A DNA stretch of 64,000 bases from an uncultured Gemmatimonadales bacterium (GCA_963795085.1 CAWCFX010000001.1:800001-864000); one strand, 5' to 3'. Shown: positions 18,331-28,936, counted from the stretch's first letter. The notes: generated by a model from the letters alone, not told the origin. Program-made: numbers and translations.

Positions 18331-20025
18331 ATGAAGAGACGACTGCTCGCCAGTTGCTTGTTCGTTCTTGTCGCGGCCTGCGCCGGTGAGAACACCAATC
18401 CCTCCACCTCCTCCGAACCCTCGTTGAACAGCGCCGCTGCCGGCACCCAGCGCTACATCGTGGTGTTCAAGGACGAGGTCGTGGGCGCGCAGGCCACCAC
18501 CGATCAACTGCTTGCCTCGGTCGGTGCCCAGGCCGATTTCGTGTACGGCACGGCCATCAAGGGCTTTGCCGCGCCGCTCAGCGCCCAGGCGGTGGACCAG
18601 CTGCGCAAGGATCCCCGGGTCAGCTATATCACGCCCGACGGCCAGGTCGGCCTCCACATCACCCAGATGCCCACCCCGTCCTGGGGCCTCGACCGGATCG
18701 ACCAGAACAACCTGCCGCTCAACAACAGCTACACCTACTCCAATCAGGGGGCGGGGGTCCACTTCTACGGAATCGACACCGGGATCCTGGGGAGTCACAA
18801 CGACTTCACCGGCCGGATGAGCAACGGCTTTGACGCCATCGGCGGCGGCACCACCGATTGCAACGGGCACGGCACCCACACCGCGAGCACCGCCGCCGGC
18901 ACCACCTACGGCGTCGCCAAGTTGATGACGGTCCACCCGGTCCGGGTCCTCAACTGCTCCGGCTCCGGCACCTTCGCCCAGGTCATCGCCGGGATCGACT
19001 GGGTCACGGCCAACCGGGTCCTGCCGGCGGTGGCCAACATGAGCCTCGGCGGCGGCTTCGATCCCGCCACCAACCAGGCGGTGACCAACTCCATCGCCGC
19101 CGGGGTGTTCTACTCCCTCTCGGCCGGCAACAACTTCGGCAACGCCTGTAACAACTCGCCGGCCAGCACCCCGACCGCCACCACGGTGGCCTCCAGCGAG
19201 ATCAACGACGCCAAGTCGAGCTTCTCCGACACCGGCAGCTGCGTGGACATCTTCGCGCCGGGCGGCAACATCACCGCCGCCTGGATCGGCAGCAACACCG
19301 CCACCAACACGATCAGCGGCACCTCCATGGCGGCCCCCCACGTGGCCGGCGCCGCGGGCCTCTACCTGGCCGCGAACCCGGGCAGCACCCCGGCGGCCAT
19401 CAACACCGCCCTGGTCAACAACGCCACCAACAACAAGATCACCGGCTCGCTCCTGGCTGGCACCCCGAACAAGCTGCTCTACATGGGCTTCATCGGCGGC
19501 GGCGGCCCGCCCAACAATCCCCCGGTGGCCAACTTCAACTACAGCTGCACCCCGGGGCTGCTCTGCACCTTCGACGGTACCAGCTCCACCGACGACGTGG
19601 GCGTCGTCAGCTACTCGTGGACGCTCTCCGGCGGGAGCCAGGTCGCCAGCACCGCGACCTTCCAGCGCCAGTTCCCGAGCACCCGGACCTTCGACCTGAC
19701 CCTGACCGTGACCGACGGCGGCGGGCTCAGCAACAGCATCACCAAGACGGTGGACGTGCAGGCCTCGCCCGGCAACCAGGCGCCGACCGCGAGCTTCACG
19801 TACTCCTGCAACGCCAGCCACAGCTGCTCCTTCGACGCCAGCGGTTCCAGCGATGACGTCGGGATCGTGTCCTACAGCTGGCAGCGCGTGAACGGCACCG
19901 TGCTGGGCACCGGGGTGAACTTCAATTACGGCTTCCCCGCCGCCGGCAGCTTCAAGATCGTGCTGGTCGTGACCGACGGCCCCGGCCTCACCGGGAGCCA
20001 GACCCAGACGATCGCCGTTCCGTAA
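18331..20025 (+). CDS. S8 subtilisin lipoprotein with two PKD domains (paralog of the upstream gene)
   Basis: Lipobox [19 protein letters not shown]; two PKD repeats. Confidence 0.95.
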   Translation: MKRRLLASCLFVLVAACAGENTNPSTSSEPSLNSAAAGTQRYIVVFKDEVVGAQATTDQLLASVGAQADFVYGTAIKGFAAPLSAQAVDQLRKDPRVSYITPDGQVGLHITQMPTPSWGLDRIDQNNLPLNNSYTYSNQGAGVHFYGIDTGILGSHNDFTGRMSNGFDAIGGGTTDCNGHGTHTASTAAGTTYGVAKLMTVHPVRVLNCSGSGTFAQVIAGIDWVTANRVLPAVANMSLGGGFDPATNQAVTNSIAAGVFYSLSAGNNFGNACNNSPASTPTATTVASSEINDAKSSFSDTGSCVDIFAPGGNITAAWIGSNTATNTISGTSMAAPHVAGAAGLYLAANPGSTPAAINTALVNNATNNKITGSLLAGTPNKLLYMGFIGGGGPPNNPPVANFNYSCTPGLLCTFDGTSSTDDVGVVSYSWTLSGGSQVASTATFQRQFPSTRTFDLTLTVTDGGGLSNSITKTVDVQASPGNQAPTASFTYSCNASHSCSFDASGSSDDVGIVSYSWQRVNGTVLGTGVNFNYGFPAAGSFKIVLVVTDGPGLTGSQTQTIAVP

Positions 20026-20044
20026 GGACCGCTGGTCGTGCAAG

Positions 20045-20087
20045 TAGCGGGGGCGGGTCTTCGGACCCGCCCCTGTTATTTTCTTTC
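20045..20087 (+). terminator. Intrinsic terminator
   Basis: GGGGCGGGTC-TTCG-GACCCGCCCC followed by a T-rich tail. Confidence 0.85.
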
Positions 20088-20089
20088 CT

Positions 20090-20989
20090 ATGAAAATCTC
20101 CTTCCTCGGCCTCGGCGCCATCGGCACCCCCATGGCGGCCCGCCTGGCGGCGGCCCATGACCTCACGGTGTGGAACCGGACCCTGGAACGGGCCCGCCGG
20201 TTCGCGGAGTCCCATCCGGCGGCGGTCGCCGCCTCGCCGCGGCACGCGGCTCTCGGGGCCGAGGTGGTCATCACCTGCCTGCCCACCTCCCGCGAGGTGG
20301 CGGGACTGCTCGACGGCGATGACGGCCTCCTGGCCGGCCTGGGCGCCGGCACCCTGTTCCTCGACTGCACCTCCGGCGATCCGTCCGGGTCCCGCCAGAT
20401 CGCCGGCCGGCTGGCGGAACTCGGCGTCGCCTTTGCCGATGCCCCGGTGAGCGGGGGCACCGATGGCGCCGCCGCCGGCCAGCTCACCGTGATGGTGGGC
20501 GGCGATGCCGCGACCTACCAGCGCGCCCGGCCGGTGCTCGAGGCCTTCGCCGGGCGGATCGAGCACATGGGACCGGTGGGCACCGGTCACGCCATGAAGG
20601 CGGTCAACAATGCGCTGCTGGCCGTGAACATCCAGGCGGTGGGGGAGGGCATGGTGGCGCTGGCGAAGGCGGGGGTCAACGTGGACCGCGCCTTTGCCGT
20701 GCTGAACGCCTCGAGCGGGCGTTCGTTCGTCAGCGAGAAACTGGTCCCCGAGCGGGTGCTCACCGGCCAGTGGCCGCGGACGTTCCGGTTGGCGCTCCTG
20801 GAAAAGGACGTCGCCATCGCCGGCAGCCTGTTGCGGGAGATGGCGGTGCCGGCGCCCCTGCTGGACCGGGTTCGCGAGCTGTTTACCCAGGCCCGAACGG
20901 AACTGGGCGAGGACGCGGACTACCTGGAGGCGATCAGGCTGACCGAGGCCGCGGCCGGGATAGCGCTGCGCTCAACCCCGGGCCGATAG
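20090..20989 (+). CDS. NAD(P)-dependent beta-hydroxyacid dehydrogenase (3-hydroxyisobutyrate dehydrogenase family)
   Basis: 'FLGLGAIG', 'DAPVSGG', 'MKAVNN'. Confidence 0.9.
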   Translation: MKISFLGLGAIGTPMAARLAAAHDLTVWNRTLERARRFAESHPAAVAASPRHAALGAEVVITCLPTSREVAGLLDGDDGLLAGLGAGTLFLDCTSGDPSGSRQIAGRLAELGVAFADAPVSGGTDGAAAGQLTVMVGGDAATYQRARPVLEAFAGRIEHMGPVGTGHAMKAVNNALLAVNIQAVGEGMVALAKAGVNVDRAFAVLNASSGRSFVSEKLVPERVLTGQWPRTFRLALLEKDVAIAGSLLREMAVPAPLLDRVRELFTQARTELGEDADYLEAIRLTEAAAGIALRSTPGR

Positions 20990-21048
20990 CGGCCGATACT
21001 AGGGCAGGCCGATCCCTGCTCGTCCACTCTTCATATGCGGATCCTGAC

Positions 21049-21510
21049 ATGGCCGATTGGGCTTCGACCGAGCGAATCAAGGCAGAAATTCTCCTGGCCG
21101 AGGGTCGTACCCTGGCCGGGGAGTTGCACCTGCAGGCGCGGGTGGCGCAACATGACGGGCCGGAGACGCCGCTGGAAATGCTCAACCGGCCGGACGCCTT
21201 CTTTCCGGTCACCCTGGACGACGGCCGCATCGGGTTCATCGCCAAGTCGCAGGTCTCGGCGATCCGGAGCGCCAGCGCGATGACGCCCGCCGATCCGGAG
21301 CGGGTAAGCGCGGCCAAGACGATCGGCCTGGAAGTGGTCATGGCGGGCGGCGCCGAGTACCGCGGCTGGGCCGCCCTCGAACTGCCGCCGACCCGGGCGC
21401 GCACGCTGGACTACCTGAATGCATCGGGGCTGTTCTTCATGCTGGAGAGCGAGGACGCCGCCTGGTTCATCCACCGCGAATACGTGCGCATGGTGCGGCC
21501 CCTCGACTGA
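21049..21510 (+). CDS. Hypothetical protein with an internal duplication
   Basis: Two halves sharing 'G-x-L/Y-x-G...L(E/D)xLN...FF...FI'. Confidence 0.65.
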   Translation: MADWASTERIKAEILLAEGRTLAGELHLQARVAQHDGPETPLEMLNRPDAFFPVTLDDGRIGFIAKSQVSAIRSASAMTPADPERVSAAKTIGLEVVMAGGAEYRGWAALELPPTRARTLDYLNASGLFFMLESEDAAWFIHREYVRMVRPLD

Positions 21511-21584
21511 GGCTCCGCCCGGCGCCCGTTGCCAACGACACTTGCCCGGGATCCCGGGTTCACGATTTAGCTGACAGGAGCAGG

Positions 21585-23078
21585 ATGGCGCGACTGGACA
21601 AGTTCATCCAGGTCATGCGGGACCAGAAGGCCGAATCGCTGCGGCTGGCCGCCGGCCAGCCGGCGGCACTGGTGATCGGCGGGATGCCAAAGCCGATCAC
21701 CCGGGACAACCTCGCCGCCCCCCAGATCCTGGCCCTGGTGCGGGAGCTTGCTCCGGCCGGGGTGCCGGGTTCCGACGGGGATGCCCAGGCCTTCCGCTAC
21801 GGGGAGGGAGCGGAGGCCGTTGATGTCCTGGTGCGCACCACGCCCGAAGGACTGGTGGCCGAGCTGCGGCCTGGACCGGCCGCCGGGAATGGAACGGCCG
21901 CTGCTCCTGCGGCGTCTCCGGCCGGGGCGCCCACCGCGGGCCCAGGGAGAGTGACCCTGCGGAGCGCCGTGGCCGCGGACGACCCCGCGGCCCGCACCGA
22001 AGTGGACCGGCTGCTCCGCATTCTCTCCGATTCCGGCGCCTCCGACCTGCATCTCCGCACCGGCGAGCCGCCCATCGTTCGCCGGGACGGCGAGCTGGTG
22101 CGGCTGGAGGAGCCGCCCGTCACGGCCGATGCTCTGCAGGCCATGCTGGCCAGCATCATGCCGCTCAAGGACTACGACGAGTTCCGGGAGAACGGCGACG
22201 CGGATTTCGCCTATGAGATTTCCGGCCTGGCTCGCTTCCGCGGCAACGCCGCCCTCGATCACAAGGGTCCCATGGCGGTGTTCCGGGTCATCCCCAGCGC
22301 GATTCTCAGCGCCGACCAGCTGGGGTTGAGCCGGGAGGTCCAGGCCCTCTGCAACCTGAACAAGGGGCTGGTGCTGGTGACCGGGCCCACCGGCTCGGGC
22401 AAGTCCACCACCCTCGCCGCGCTGGTGGACCGGGTGAACCGCACCCGGAGCAATCACCTCATCACCATCGAGGATCCCATCGAGTTCGTCCACGAAAGCA
22501 AGAAATGCCTGGTCACCCAGCGCCAGGTGAGCGTGCACACGAAGAGCTTCCGGCAGGCGCTGCGGGCCGCCCTCCGGGAAGACCCCGATATCATCCTGGT
22601 GGGCGAGATGCGCGACCTGGAGACCGTCTCCATCGCCATCGAGACCGCGGAGACCGGCCACCTGGTGTTCGGCACCCTGCACACCACCACGGCGGCCTCG
22701 ACGATCGACCGGATCATCGACCAGTTCCCGGTGGACCGGCAATCCCAGGTCCGGGTGATGCTGTCGGAGTCGCTCCGGGGTGTGGTCTCCCAGGTGCTCT
22801 GCCGCAAGACGGGCGGCGGACGGGTGGCGGCGCGGGAGGTCCTGCTCAGCATTCCGGCCGTCTCCAACCTCATCCGCGAAGGGAAGACCTTCCAGATCCC
22901 GTCCATCATGCAGACCAACCGGAAGACCGGCATGGTGACCCTGAACGATGCGCTGCTGGAGCTGGTGGACCAGGGCCTGGTGGAGCCCCAGGAAGCCTAT
23001 CTCAAGTCGGTCGAGAAGACCGCCCTGCTCGCCTCCCTCAAGGCGAAGCGGCACGACGTCACCTTCCTGGATGCCTAG
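21585..23078 (+). CDS. pilT: Type IV pilus retraction ATPase with an extra N-terminal domain
   Basis: 'ASDLHL', GPTGSGKSTT, TIEDPIE, 'ALREDPDIILVGEMRD', 'ETGHLVFGTLH', 'NLIREGK'. Confidence 0.93.
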   Translation: MARLDKFIQVMRDQKAESLRLAAGQPAALVIGGMPKPITRDNLAAPQILALVRELAPAGVPGSDGDAQAFRYGEGAEAVDVLVRTTPEGLVAELRPGPAAGNGTAAAPAASPAGAPTAGPGRVTLRSAVAADDPAARTEVDRLLRILSDSGASDLHLRTGEPPIVRRDGELVRLEEPPVTADALQAMLASIMPLKDYDEFRENGDADFAYEISGLARFRGNAALDHKGPMAVFRVIPSAILSADQLGLSREVQALCNLNKGLVLVTGPTGSGKSTTLAALVDRVNRTRSNHLITIEDPIEFVHESKKCLVTQRQVSVHTKSFRQALRAALREDPDIILVGEMRDLETVSIAIETAETGHLVFGTLHTTTAASTIDRIIDQFPVDRQSQVRVMLSESLRGVVSQVLCRKTGGGRVAAREVLLSIPAVSNLIREGKTFQIPSIMQTNRKTGMVTLNDALLELVDQGLVEPQEAYLKSVEKTALLASLKAKRHDVTFLDA

Positions 23079-23106
23079 GCCCGCCTCCCGCGATTAAGCT
23101 TCCCCC

Positions 23107-23883
23107 ATGGATAGCCCTACCCTCGTCCTGGTCGCCCCCCAGGACATCGTCAACATCGCCAGCGCCGTCCGGATCTGCCGCAACTTCGGCATCACCGATC
23201 TCCGCCTGGTGACCCCGGCGGTGTTCGATCCCTGGCGGATCGAAGGCATCGCCCACAACACCGCGGCGCTGGTGGAGACCATCCGGATCTTCGATTCCCT
23301 CGACGCGGCGGTGGCGGACTGCGGCCTGGTCGTCGGCCTGACCGCGCGAGGCCGGACCGCCAAGCGGCACCTGCTCCGGCCCCGGGCCGCGGCCCGGGAG
23401 ATCGTGACCGCGCTGGGGGACGCCCCGGCCGCCATGGTCGCGGGACGGGAGGACAAGGGGCTCAGCAACGCCGAACTGGACCGTTGCCACCTGCTGGTGA
23501 CCATTCCCACCTCGCCCGACTATCCCTCCCTCAACCTGGCCCAGGCCGTCGCGGTGATGAGCTACGAGACCTGGCTGGCGCGGGGCGGGGAAGACCAGCC
23601 GGTCAAACCGCACCGCAAGCAGGCCGACCCCGCCCTGGCGGGCCAGATGGAAATGCTCTTCCAGGACTGGGAACGGTCGCTCTGGATCATCGAGTTCTTC
23701 AAGACCCGGCAGCCCGAGTCGGTGCTGCGCTCGCTCCGGGAAATTCTCTACCGGGCCCGGATGGACGGGCGGGAGGCGGCGCTGGTGCGGGCCATGGGGA
23801 TTGAAATCAGGAGGTTTACCGAGAGGAAAGGACTAACTGCAGAACTACAAAGCACGAAAGACGACAAAACAGACGTCAGTTGA
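23107..23883 (+). CDS. trmJ: SPOUT tRNA methyltransferase (TrmJ/LasT)
   Basis: 'GREDKGLSNAEL', 'YPSLNLAQAV'. Confidence 0.85.
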   Translation: MDSPTLVLVAPQDIVNIASAVRICRNFGITDLRLVTPAVFDPWRIEGIAHNTAALVETIRIFDSLDAAVADCGLVVGLTARGRTAKRHLLRPRAAAREIVTALGDAPAAMVAGREDKGLSNAELDRCHLLVTIPTSPDYPSLNLAQAVAVMSYETWLARGGEDQPVKPHRKQADPALAGQMEMLFQDWERSLWIIEFFKTRQPESVLRSLREILYRARMDGREAALVRAMGIEIRRFTERKGLTAELQSTKDDKTDVS

Positions 23884-24301
23884 CCACCCTGCGGATGGCG
23901 AGCAGGGTGGCTTGAAAGTTCAGCAGTAAGCCGACCCGGAGATTGCTGGCCTTGAGATAGGAGCGCAGTTGCCTTTCATGCAGGTCGGTCAGGGTCTTGA
24001 CCGCCTTCAGCTCGACGATGATCTCTTCCTCGATAACCAGGTCCAGGCGGTGAAGGCCGACGTCGATTCCCTCGTAGAGCACGGTAATTTCTTTCTGGGA
24101 TTCAAAGGCGATCTGCCGCTTCGCCAGTTCCACGCTCATCGCCTTCTGATAAATCGACTCGATGAACCCAGGCCCCAGTGCCCGGTGCACGGCGATGGCG
24201 GCCCCGATCACCTTCCCCGAGGAAGGCTCGAACTCCAGCTCGGTTTCCGCAGCCCGGGATACCGGCAGGTCTTCGCCCGTGATGCCCAGCCCATCCGCCA
24301 T
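23876..24301 (-). CDS. GxxExxY protein (predicted PD-(D/E)xK nuclease fold)
   Basis: 'LGPGFIESIYQKAM', 'RLDLVIEEEIIVELKAV', 'QLRSYLKAS...GLLLNF'. Confidence 0.92.
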   Translation of the reverse strand: MADGLGITGEDLPVSRAAETELEFEPSSGKVIGAAIAVHRALGPGFIESIYQKAMSVELAKRQIAFESQKEITVLYEGIDVGLHRLDLVIEEEIIVELKAVKTLTDLHERQLRSYLKASNLRVGLLLNFQATLLAIRRVVN

Positions 24302-24580
24302 GTCGCTCCATCCTTTCACCATTGATAGCAGGGCATCGCCATAGCCCCGTCATCCCTTTTCACGCTGTCTGGGGCAGGAAATCGCAAGGCTTTCTAGTGA
24401 GATATGTGCTGAGGTCCACATGCGCCATTCGCCGGTTCTTCGATCTTTTGTATTTTGTCGTTCGGCGGTTGTTGACACCTGACGCCTCCCGCCCTCTTTA
24501 CCCTTCCCTAACTCCCACCCCCATATTAACTTCCGCGCCGCACACCGGACCCTTTCCCGGCCCCCTGGGCCGAGGTCGGC

Positions 24581-25072
24581 TTGGCGCGATCCACCGCATA
24601 CTGGGCCGCGAATTTCTACCGCGACCCTGACGAACCACCCCGGCCCCAGGCCCCCCTTCGGGACCTGCCGCCCATCGCGGCCGCGCGGTTCCGGATGCTG
24701 CGCGACACGCTCCGGTCCATCGAAGGCGTCCACGAGAAGGTCCGCTTCATTCGGCCCAACTGGAAATGGGCCTGGGAGTACTCGGTGCCGGCCCGCAAGC
24801 TCTGCTGGCTCCACGCCATGGAGACCGGTGTGGCGGGGACCTTTGCCATCACCGACGACGATACCCGGCACCTGGTGGCCGCCCGCCCTGCCGCCGTCAT
24901 CCTCCGCGCGGTCCGGGATGGCGTCCGCACCGGGCCGGTCACCTGGTGCTCGCTCGAGTTCACCGACCGCCGCTCGGTGGATGCCTTCCTGGGGTTCATG
25001 AAAAAGAAAGCGGCCTGGGTCGCCGCGTTTCCGCCGGAAAGCCGGGTGTTCCGGGGCCGGTCCGCCGGGTAG
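24581..25072 (+). CDS. Hypothetical protein (possibly DUF3788-like)
   Basis: GC-typical ORF with 'WKWAWEY...LCWL' motif. Confidence 0.55.
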   Translation: MARSTAYWAANFYRDPDEPPRPQAPLRDLPPIAAARFRMLRDTLRSIEGVHEKVRFIRPNWKWAWEYSVPARKLCWLHAMETGVAGTFAITDDDTRHLVAARPAAVILRAVRDGVRTGPVTWCSLEFTDRRSVDAFLGFMKKKAAWVAAFPPESRVFRGRSAG

Positions 25073-25200
25073 AATTCGCGGGAAATCCGCCCCGAGTGCG
25101 GGCTTGCTTTATCGTGAATGATTTCACAAACTTCTCCGGCCCCGAGTGCAGCCGCGCACGTCGAGGCACCTTTTTATCTCACGCCGGGTGAACAGCGCGT

Positions 25201-25800
25201 ATGCGTAAGCTCGTCCTTGTCGGGAGTGGAACCACGGCCCTGGCCCTCGCGGGTTTCTTCATCCTGCAGGGTGCCGGCGGTCCCACCCCCGCCGCGGCAC
25301 CCCAGGGCCAGCCGCCGGCGGCCCCCGCCAACCCGGTCGCCATCGAGGACACCGGGGCCCTGGCAGGACCCCGCCAGCCGATCTTCTTCCGCCACGACAT
25401 TCACGCCGGGCAGTACCAGATCCAGTGCCAGTACTGCCACTACTCCGTCAGCGTCTCGTCCGAGCCGGGCATCCCGACGGTGGAAACCTGCATGGGGTGC
25501 CACCTGGTCATCGCCGGGTCCGATAGCGGGGCCCGCACTGAAATCCGCAAACTCCGCCAGGCCAGCGCGGAGAAGAAACCCATCGAGTGGGTGCGGATCC
25601 ACGCCCTGGCCCGCCATGCGCACTTCCCCCACCAGCGGCATATCAAGGCGATGGGCCCCACCGCCTGCATGACCTGCCACGGCGACGTGCAGCGCATGCC
25701 CCAGGTGTACAAGGTCAACAACGTGACCAACATGGGCTTCTGCATTACCTGCCATATCGAACGAAAAGTCTCCCGCGACTGTACGGTGTGTCATTACTGA
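25201..25800 (+). CDS. actA: Alternative complex III pentaheme cytochrome c
   Basis: Five CxxCH (CQYCH, CMGCH, CMTCH, CITCH, CTVCH); 'QPIFFRHDIHAG'; first gene of the act cluster. Confidence 0.9.
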   Translation: MRKLVLVGSGTTALALAGFFILQGAGGPTPAAAPQGQPPAAPANPVAIEDTGALAGPRQPIFFRHDIHAGQYQIQCQYCHYSVSVSSEPGIPTVETCMGCHLVIAGSDSGARTEIRKLRQASAEKKPIEWVRIHALARHAHFPHQRHIKAMGPTACMTCHGDVQRMPQVYKVNNVTNMGFCITCHIERKVSRDCTVCHY

Positions 25801-25872
25801 AGGGGGCAAGGGGGCAAGGGGGCAAGGGGGCAAGAGGGCAAGGGGGCAAAAGGGGGCAGGGGGGCCAGGGGG
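25801..25872 (+). repeat. 8-bp tandem repeat GGGGGCAA
   Basis: About 9 copies between actA and actB. Confidence 0.85.
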
Positions 25873-25909
25873 TACGCAATCGATGATGCATCAGAATCCC
25901 GGAGCATGA

Positions 25910-28900
25910 ATGTCTGACGAAACCAGCCCAGCCGAAACCGGCACTCTCGACCGGCGGAAGTTCCTCACGGTGCTCGGCGTCACCGGGGGCGGCGCCGCGG
26001 TCCTGTCCGGCTGCTCGACCGACCGGATCGAGAAGCTGGTTCCCTACCTCGTCCAGTCCGAGAACCAGGTGCCCGGCGTCCCCACGGTCTATGCCAGCAC
26101 CTGTACCGAGTGCGCGGCCGCCTGCGGCCTCCACGTGCGGACCCGGGAGGGCCGGGCCATCAAGCTGGAAGGCAATCCCGAACACCCCGTCAATCGCGGC
26201 AAGCTCTGCTCCATGGGCCAGTCCTCGCTCCAGGCCCTCTACAACCCGGCCCGGCTCAAGGGCCCCATGGCGCGCGACGCGGCCGGCACCTTCACGGCGA
26301 TCACCTGGGACCAGGCCATCACCACCCTGGCGCAGCGGGTTTCCGCCGCGAACGGGCGCCTCGCGGTCATCTCGGGCGCCGGCCGGGGCACCTTCTCCGA
26401 CCTGCTGAGCGACTGGGCGGATGCCGCGGGCGGCCGGGTGGTGCGCTACCGGCCGCTCGACCACGAGGCGCTTCGCGCCGGCACCAGCCAGGTGTTCGGG
26501 TCCGACCAGCTCCCCGCCTACAACTTCGCCGCGGCCCGCTACATCCTCTCCTTCGGCGCCGACTTCCTGGAGCACTGGCATTCCCCGGTCGAAAACCAGC
26601 GCGGCTACGCCGAGGCGCGGGCGCCCAAAGACGGCGAAGCGGCGCGGCACGTGGCCATCGCGCCCCGGCTCTCGCTCACCGCGATGAACGCGGACGAGTG
26701 GCACGCCAGCCGGCCCGGCGGCGACACCGCCGTGGCCCTGGCCATGGCCAACGTGATCCTCGGCGAGCGCACCGGGTCGCCCGCGGATGCCAATGCCGTG
26801 CGGGGTGCCCTGGCGCGGTTCACCCCCGAAATGGCCGCTGAGGCCAGCGGGCTCGGCCCCGAGGTCATCCGCCGGCTGGCCCGGGAGTTCGCGTCGGCCA
26901 GTCCCAGCCTGGCCGTCGCCGGCGGCTTGGCCGACCAGCACCGCGGCGCCGGCGAACTCTGCGCGGCGGTCAACCTGCTGAACTACGTGGCGGGCAACGT
27001 CGGACGCACCGTCACCATGGGCGCCGATCTCGATCACGGCGACGGCTACGGCGCCATGGTCCAGCTGACGCAGCAGATGGGGCAGGGCCAGGTGGCGGTG
27101 CTGCTGGTGCACGATGCCAATCCCGCTTACACGCTGCCCAAGTCCCTGGGCTTCCCGGAACAGCTCACCAAGGTCGGGTTCAAGGTCTCCACGTCCATGT
27201 TCCTGGACGAGACCAGCGCCCAGTGCGACCTGATCCTCCCCGATCACCACGCCCTCGAGCGGTGGGGCGATGCCCGGCCCCGGGCCGGGGTGTATGGACT
27301 GCTTCAGCCGGTGATGGAACCGGTCTTCGGGCGGCGTCCCAACGAGGCCGGCACCATGGCCACCGGCGACCTGCTGCTCAAGACCGCGCAGAAAGCCGGC
27401 GGACCCCTGGCCCGCTTCACCGCGCCGACCTTCGAGGCCCACCTCAAGTCGGCGTTTGCCGCCGCCCACGGCAGCGACGCCGCCTGGCGCGAGGCGCTGG
27501 CCCGGGGCGGCATCTTTGCGGACGCCCCGGCGGCGCCCGCCTCCACCGGTTTGGGCGGCGGTGCCGGCCAGCCGGCCTTCACCCCGCCCGCCTTCGACGG
27601 CGACGGTGCTTTCTTCTTCGTTCCCGCCACCTCCGTGTACGGCGACGGCCGCGGCGCCAACCGGCCCTGGCTGCTGGAACTGCCCGACCCGGTCACCAAG
27701 GTGACCTGGCATTCCTGGGTCGAGATTCACCCGGAGGCCGCCCGCCGCCTCAACGTGAAAGACGGCGAGATCCTCCGGCTCACCTCGCCCGCCGGCAGCA
27801 TCGAGGCGCCGGCCTATGTCTTCGCCGGCATCCACCCCGAAGCGGTGGCGGTGCCGATGGGCCTGGGCCACACCCAGTACGGCGACTGGGCCAAAGACCG
27901 CGGCGTCAACCCGCTCGACCTGCTCGGCGCCCGGGACGGCAACGGATTCCTGCCCTATCAGTCCACCAGAGTCTCGGTCGAAAAGACCGGGGCCTGGGTC
28001 CAGCTGGCCCGCACCGAAGGCACCCCCCGGCAGCTGGGCCGCGGCATCGTCGGCGCCATGACCATCGAGGCGGTGCGGCAGGGCCAGACCCTCGAGGAGT
28101 ACGAGAAGAACGCCGGGCATGGCCACCACGAGGTCAACACCGAGCGCGAGGTGGAAGCCATCGAGGGCTTCTACCAGAGCCAGCAGGAGAAGCTCCAGCA
28201 CGGGGAGTACGCCCGGGAACACCCCCAGTGGGGCATGACCATCGACCTGGCCCGCTGCACCGGGTGCTCGGCCTGCGTGGTCGCCTGTTACGCCGAGAAC
28301 AACATCCCGATCGTGGGCGAGGACGAAGTGCGCCGGGGCCGCGAAATGACCTGGCTCCGGATCGAACGGTACTGGGAAGGCGGCGACGAAGGACATCCGC
28401 TGGAAGCCCGGGTCATTCCCATGCTGTGCCAGCACTGCGCCAGCGCCCCCTGCGAGCCGGTCTGCCCGGTGTACGCCTCCTATCACACCGCCGACGGGCT
28501 CAACGGCCAGGTCTACAACCGCTGCGTGGGAACCCGGTACTGCTCCAACAACTGTCCCTACAAGGTCCGCTACTTCAACTGGTTCGCCTACGCCAAGAAG
28601 GCCTTCCCGGAGCCGCTCAACCTGCAGCTCAATCCGGACGTGACGGTGCGGGCCCGCGGCGTGATGGAAAAGTGCACCTTCTGCGTGCAGCGGATCCGCG
28701 CCGTCCAGAACCAGGCCCGGCTGGACGACCGCGCGGTGCGGGACGGCGAGGTGGTCACCGCCTGCGCCCAGGCCTGCCCGTCCGACGCCATCGTGTTCGG
28801 CAACCGGGCGGACCCGGAGAGCCGGGTCAGCCGGACGGCGGGAGACCGGCGCGGCTACCACGTGCTGGAGGAGATCAACACCCGGCCCGCGATTACCTAC

Positions 28901-28936
28901 CTGGCGAAAGTCCTGCACCGGTCGGAGGCGCACTAA
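25910..28936 (+). CDS. actB: Alternative complex III molybdopterin-oxidoreductase-like/Fe-S subunit (Tat lipoprotein)
   Basis: 'RRKFL' twin-arginine signal and LSGC lipobox; C-terminal CTGCSACVVAC, CQHCASAPCEPVC, CVGTRYCSNNC, 'RGVMEKCTFC'. Confidence 0.93.
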   Translation: MSDETSPAETGTLDRRKFLTVLGVTGGGAAVLSGCSTDRIEKLVPYLVQSENQVPGVPTVYASTCTECAAACGLHVRTREGRAIKLEGNPEHPVNRGKLCSMGQSSLQALYNPARLKGPMARDAAGTFTAITWDQAITTLAQRVSAANGRLAVISGAGRGTFSDLLSDWADAAGGRVVRYRPLDHEALRAGTSQVFGSDQLPAYNFAAARYILSFGADFLEHWHSPVENQRGYAEARAPKDGEAARHVAIAPRLSLTAMNADEWHASRPGGDTAVALAMANVILGERTGSPADANAVRGALARFTPEMAAEASGLGPEVIRRLAREFASASPSLAVAGGLADQHRGAGELCAAVNLLNYVAGNVGRTVTMGADLDHGDGYGAMVQLTQQMGQGQVAVLLVHDANPAYTLPKSLGFPEQLTKVGFKVSTSMFLDETSAQCDLILPDHHALERWGDARPRAGVYGLLQPVMEPVFGRRPNEAGTMATGDLLLKTAQKAGGPLARFTAPTFEAHLKSAFAAAHGSDAAWREALARGGIFADAPAAPASTGLGGGAGQPAFTPPAFDGDGAFFFVPATSVYGDGRGANRPWLLELPDPVTKVTWHSWVEIHPEAARRLNVKDGEILRLTSPAGSIEAPAYVFAGIHPEAVAVPMGLGHTQYGDWAKDRGVNPLDLLGARDGNGFLPYQSTRVSVEKTGAWVQLARTEGTPRQLGRGIVGAMTIEAVRQGQTLEEYEKNAGHGHHEVNTEREVEAIEGFYQSQQEKLQHGEYAREHPQWGMTIDLARCTGCSACVVACYAENNIPIVGEDEVRRGREMTWLRIERYWEGGDEGHPLEARVIPMLCQHCASAPCEPVCPVYASYHTADGLNGQVYNRCVGTRYCSNNCPYKVRYFNWFAYAKKAFPEPLNLQLNPDVTVRARGVMEKCTFCVQRIRAVQNQARLDDRAVRDGEVVTACAQACPSDAIVFGNRADPESRVSRTAGDRRGYHVLEEINTRPAITYLAKVLHRSEAH

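Noticed and set aside
18001..20487. 828-aa minus-strand ORF and similar long ORFs (16155-18074, 8655-10811, 44206-46458, 27223-29808)
   Set aside because: They overlap well-supported genes in other frames and have Arg/Gly/Pro-rich shadow composition.
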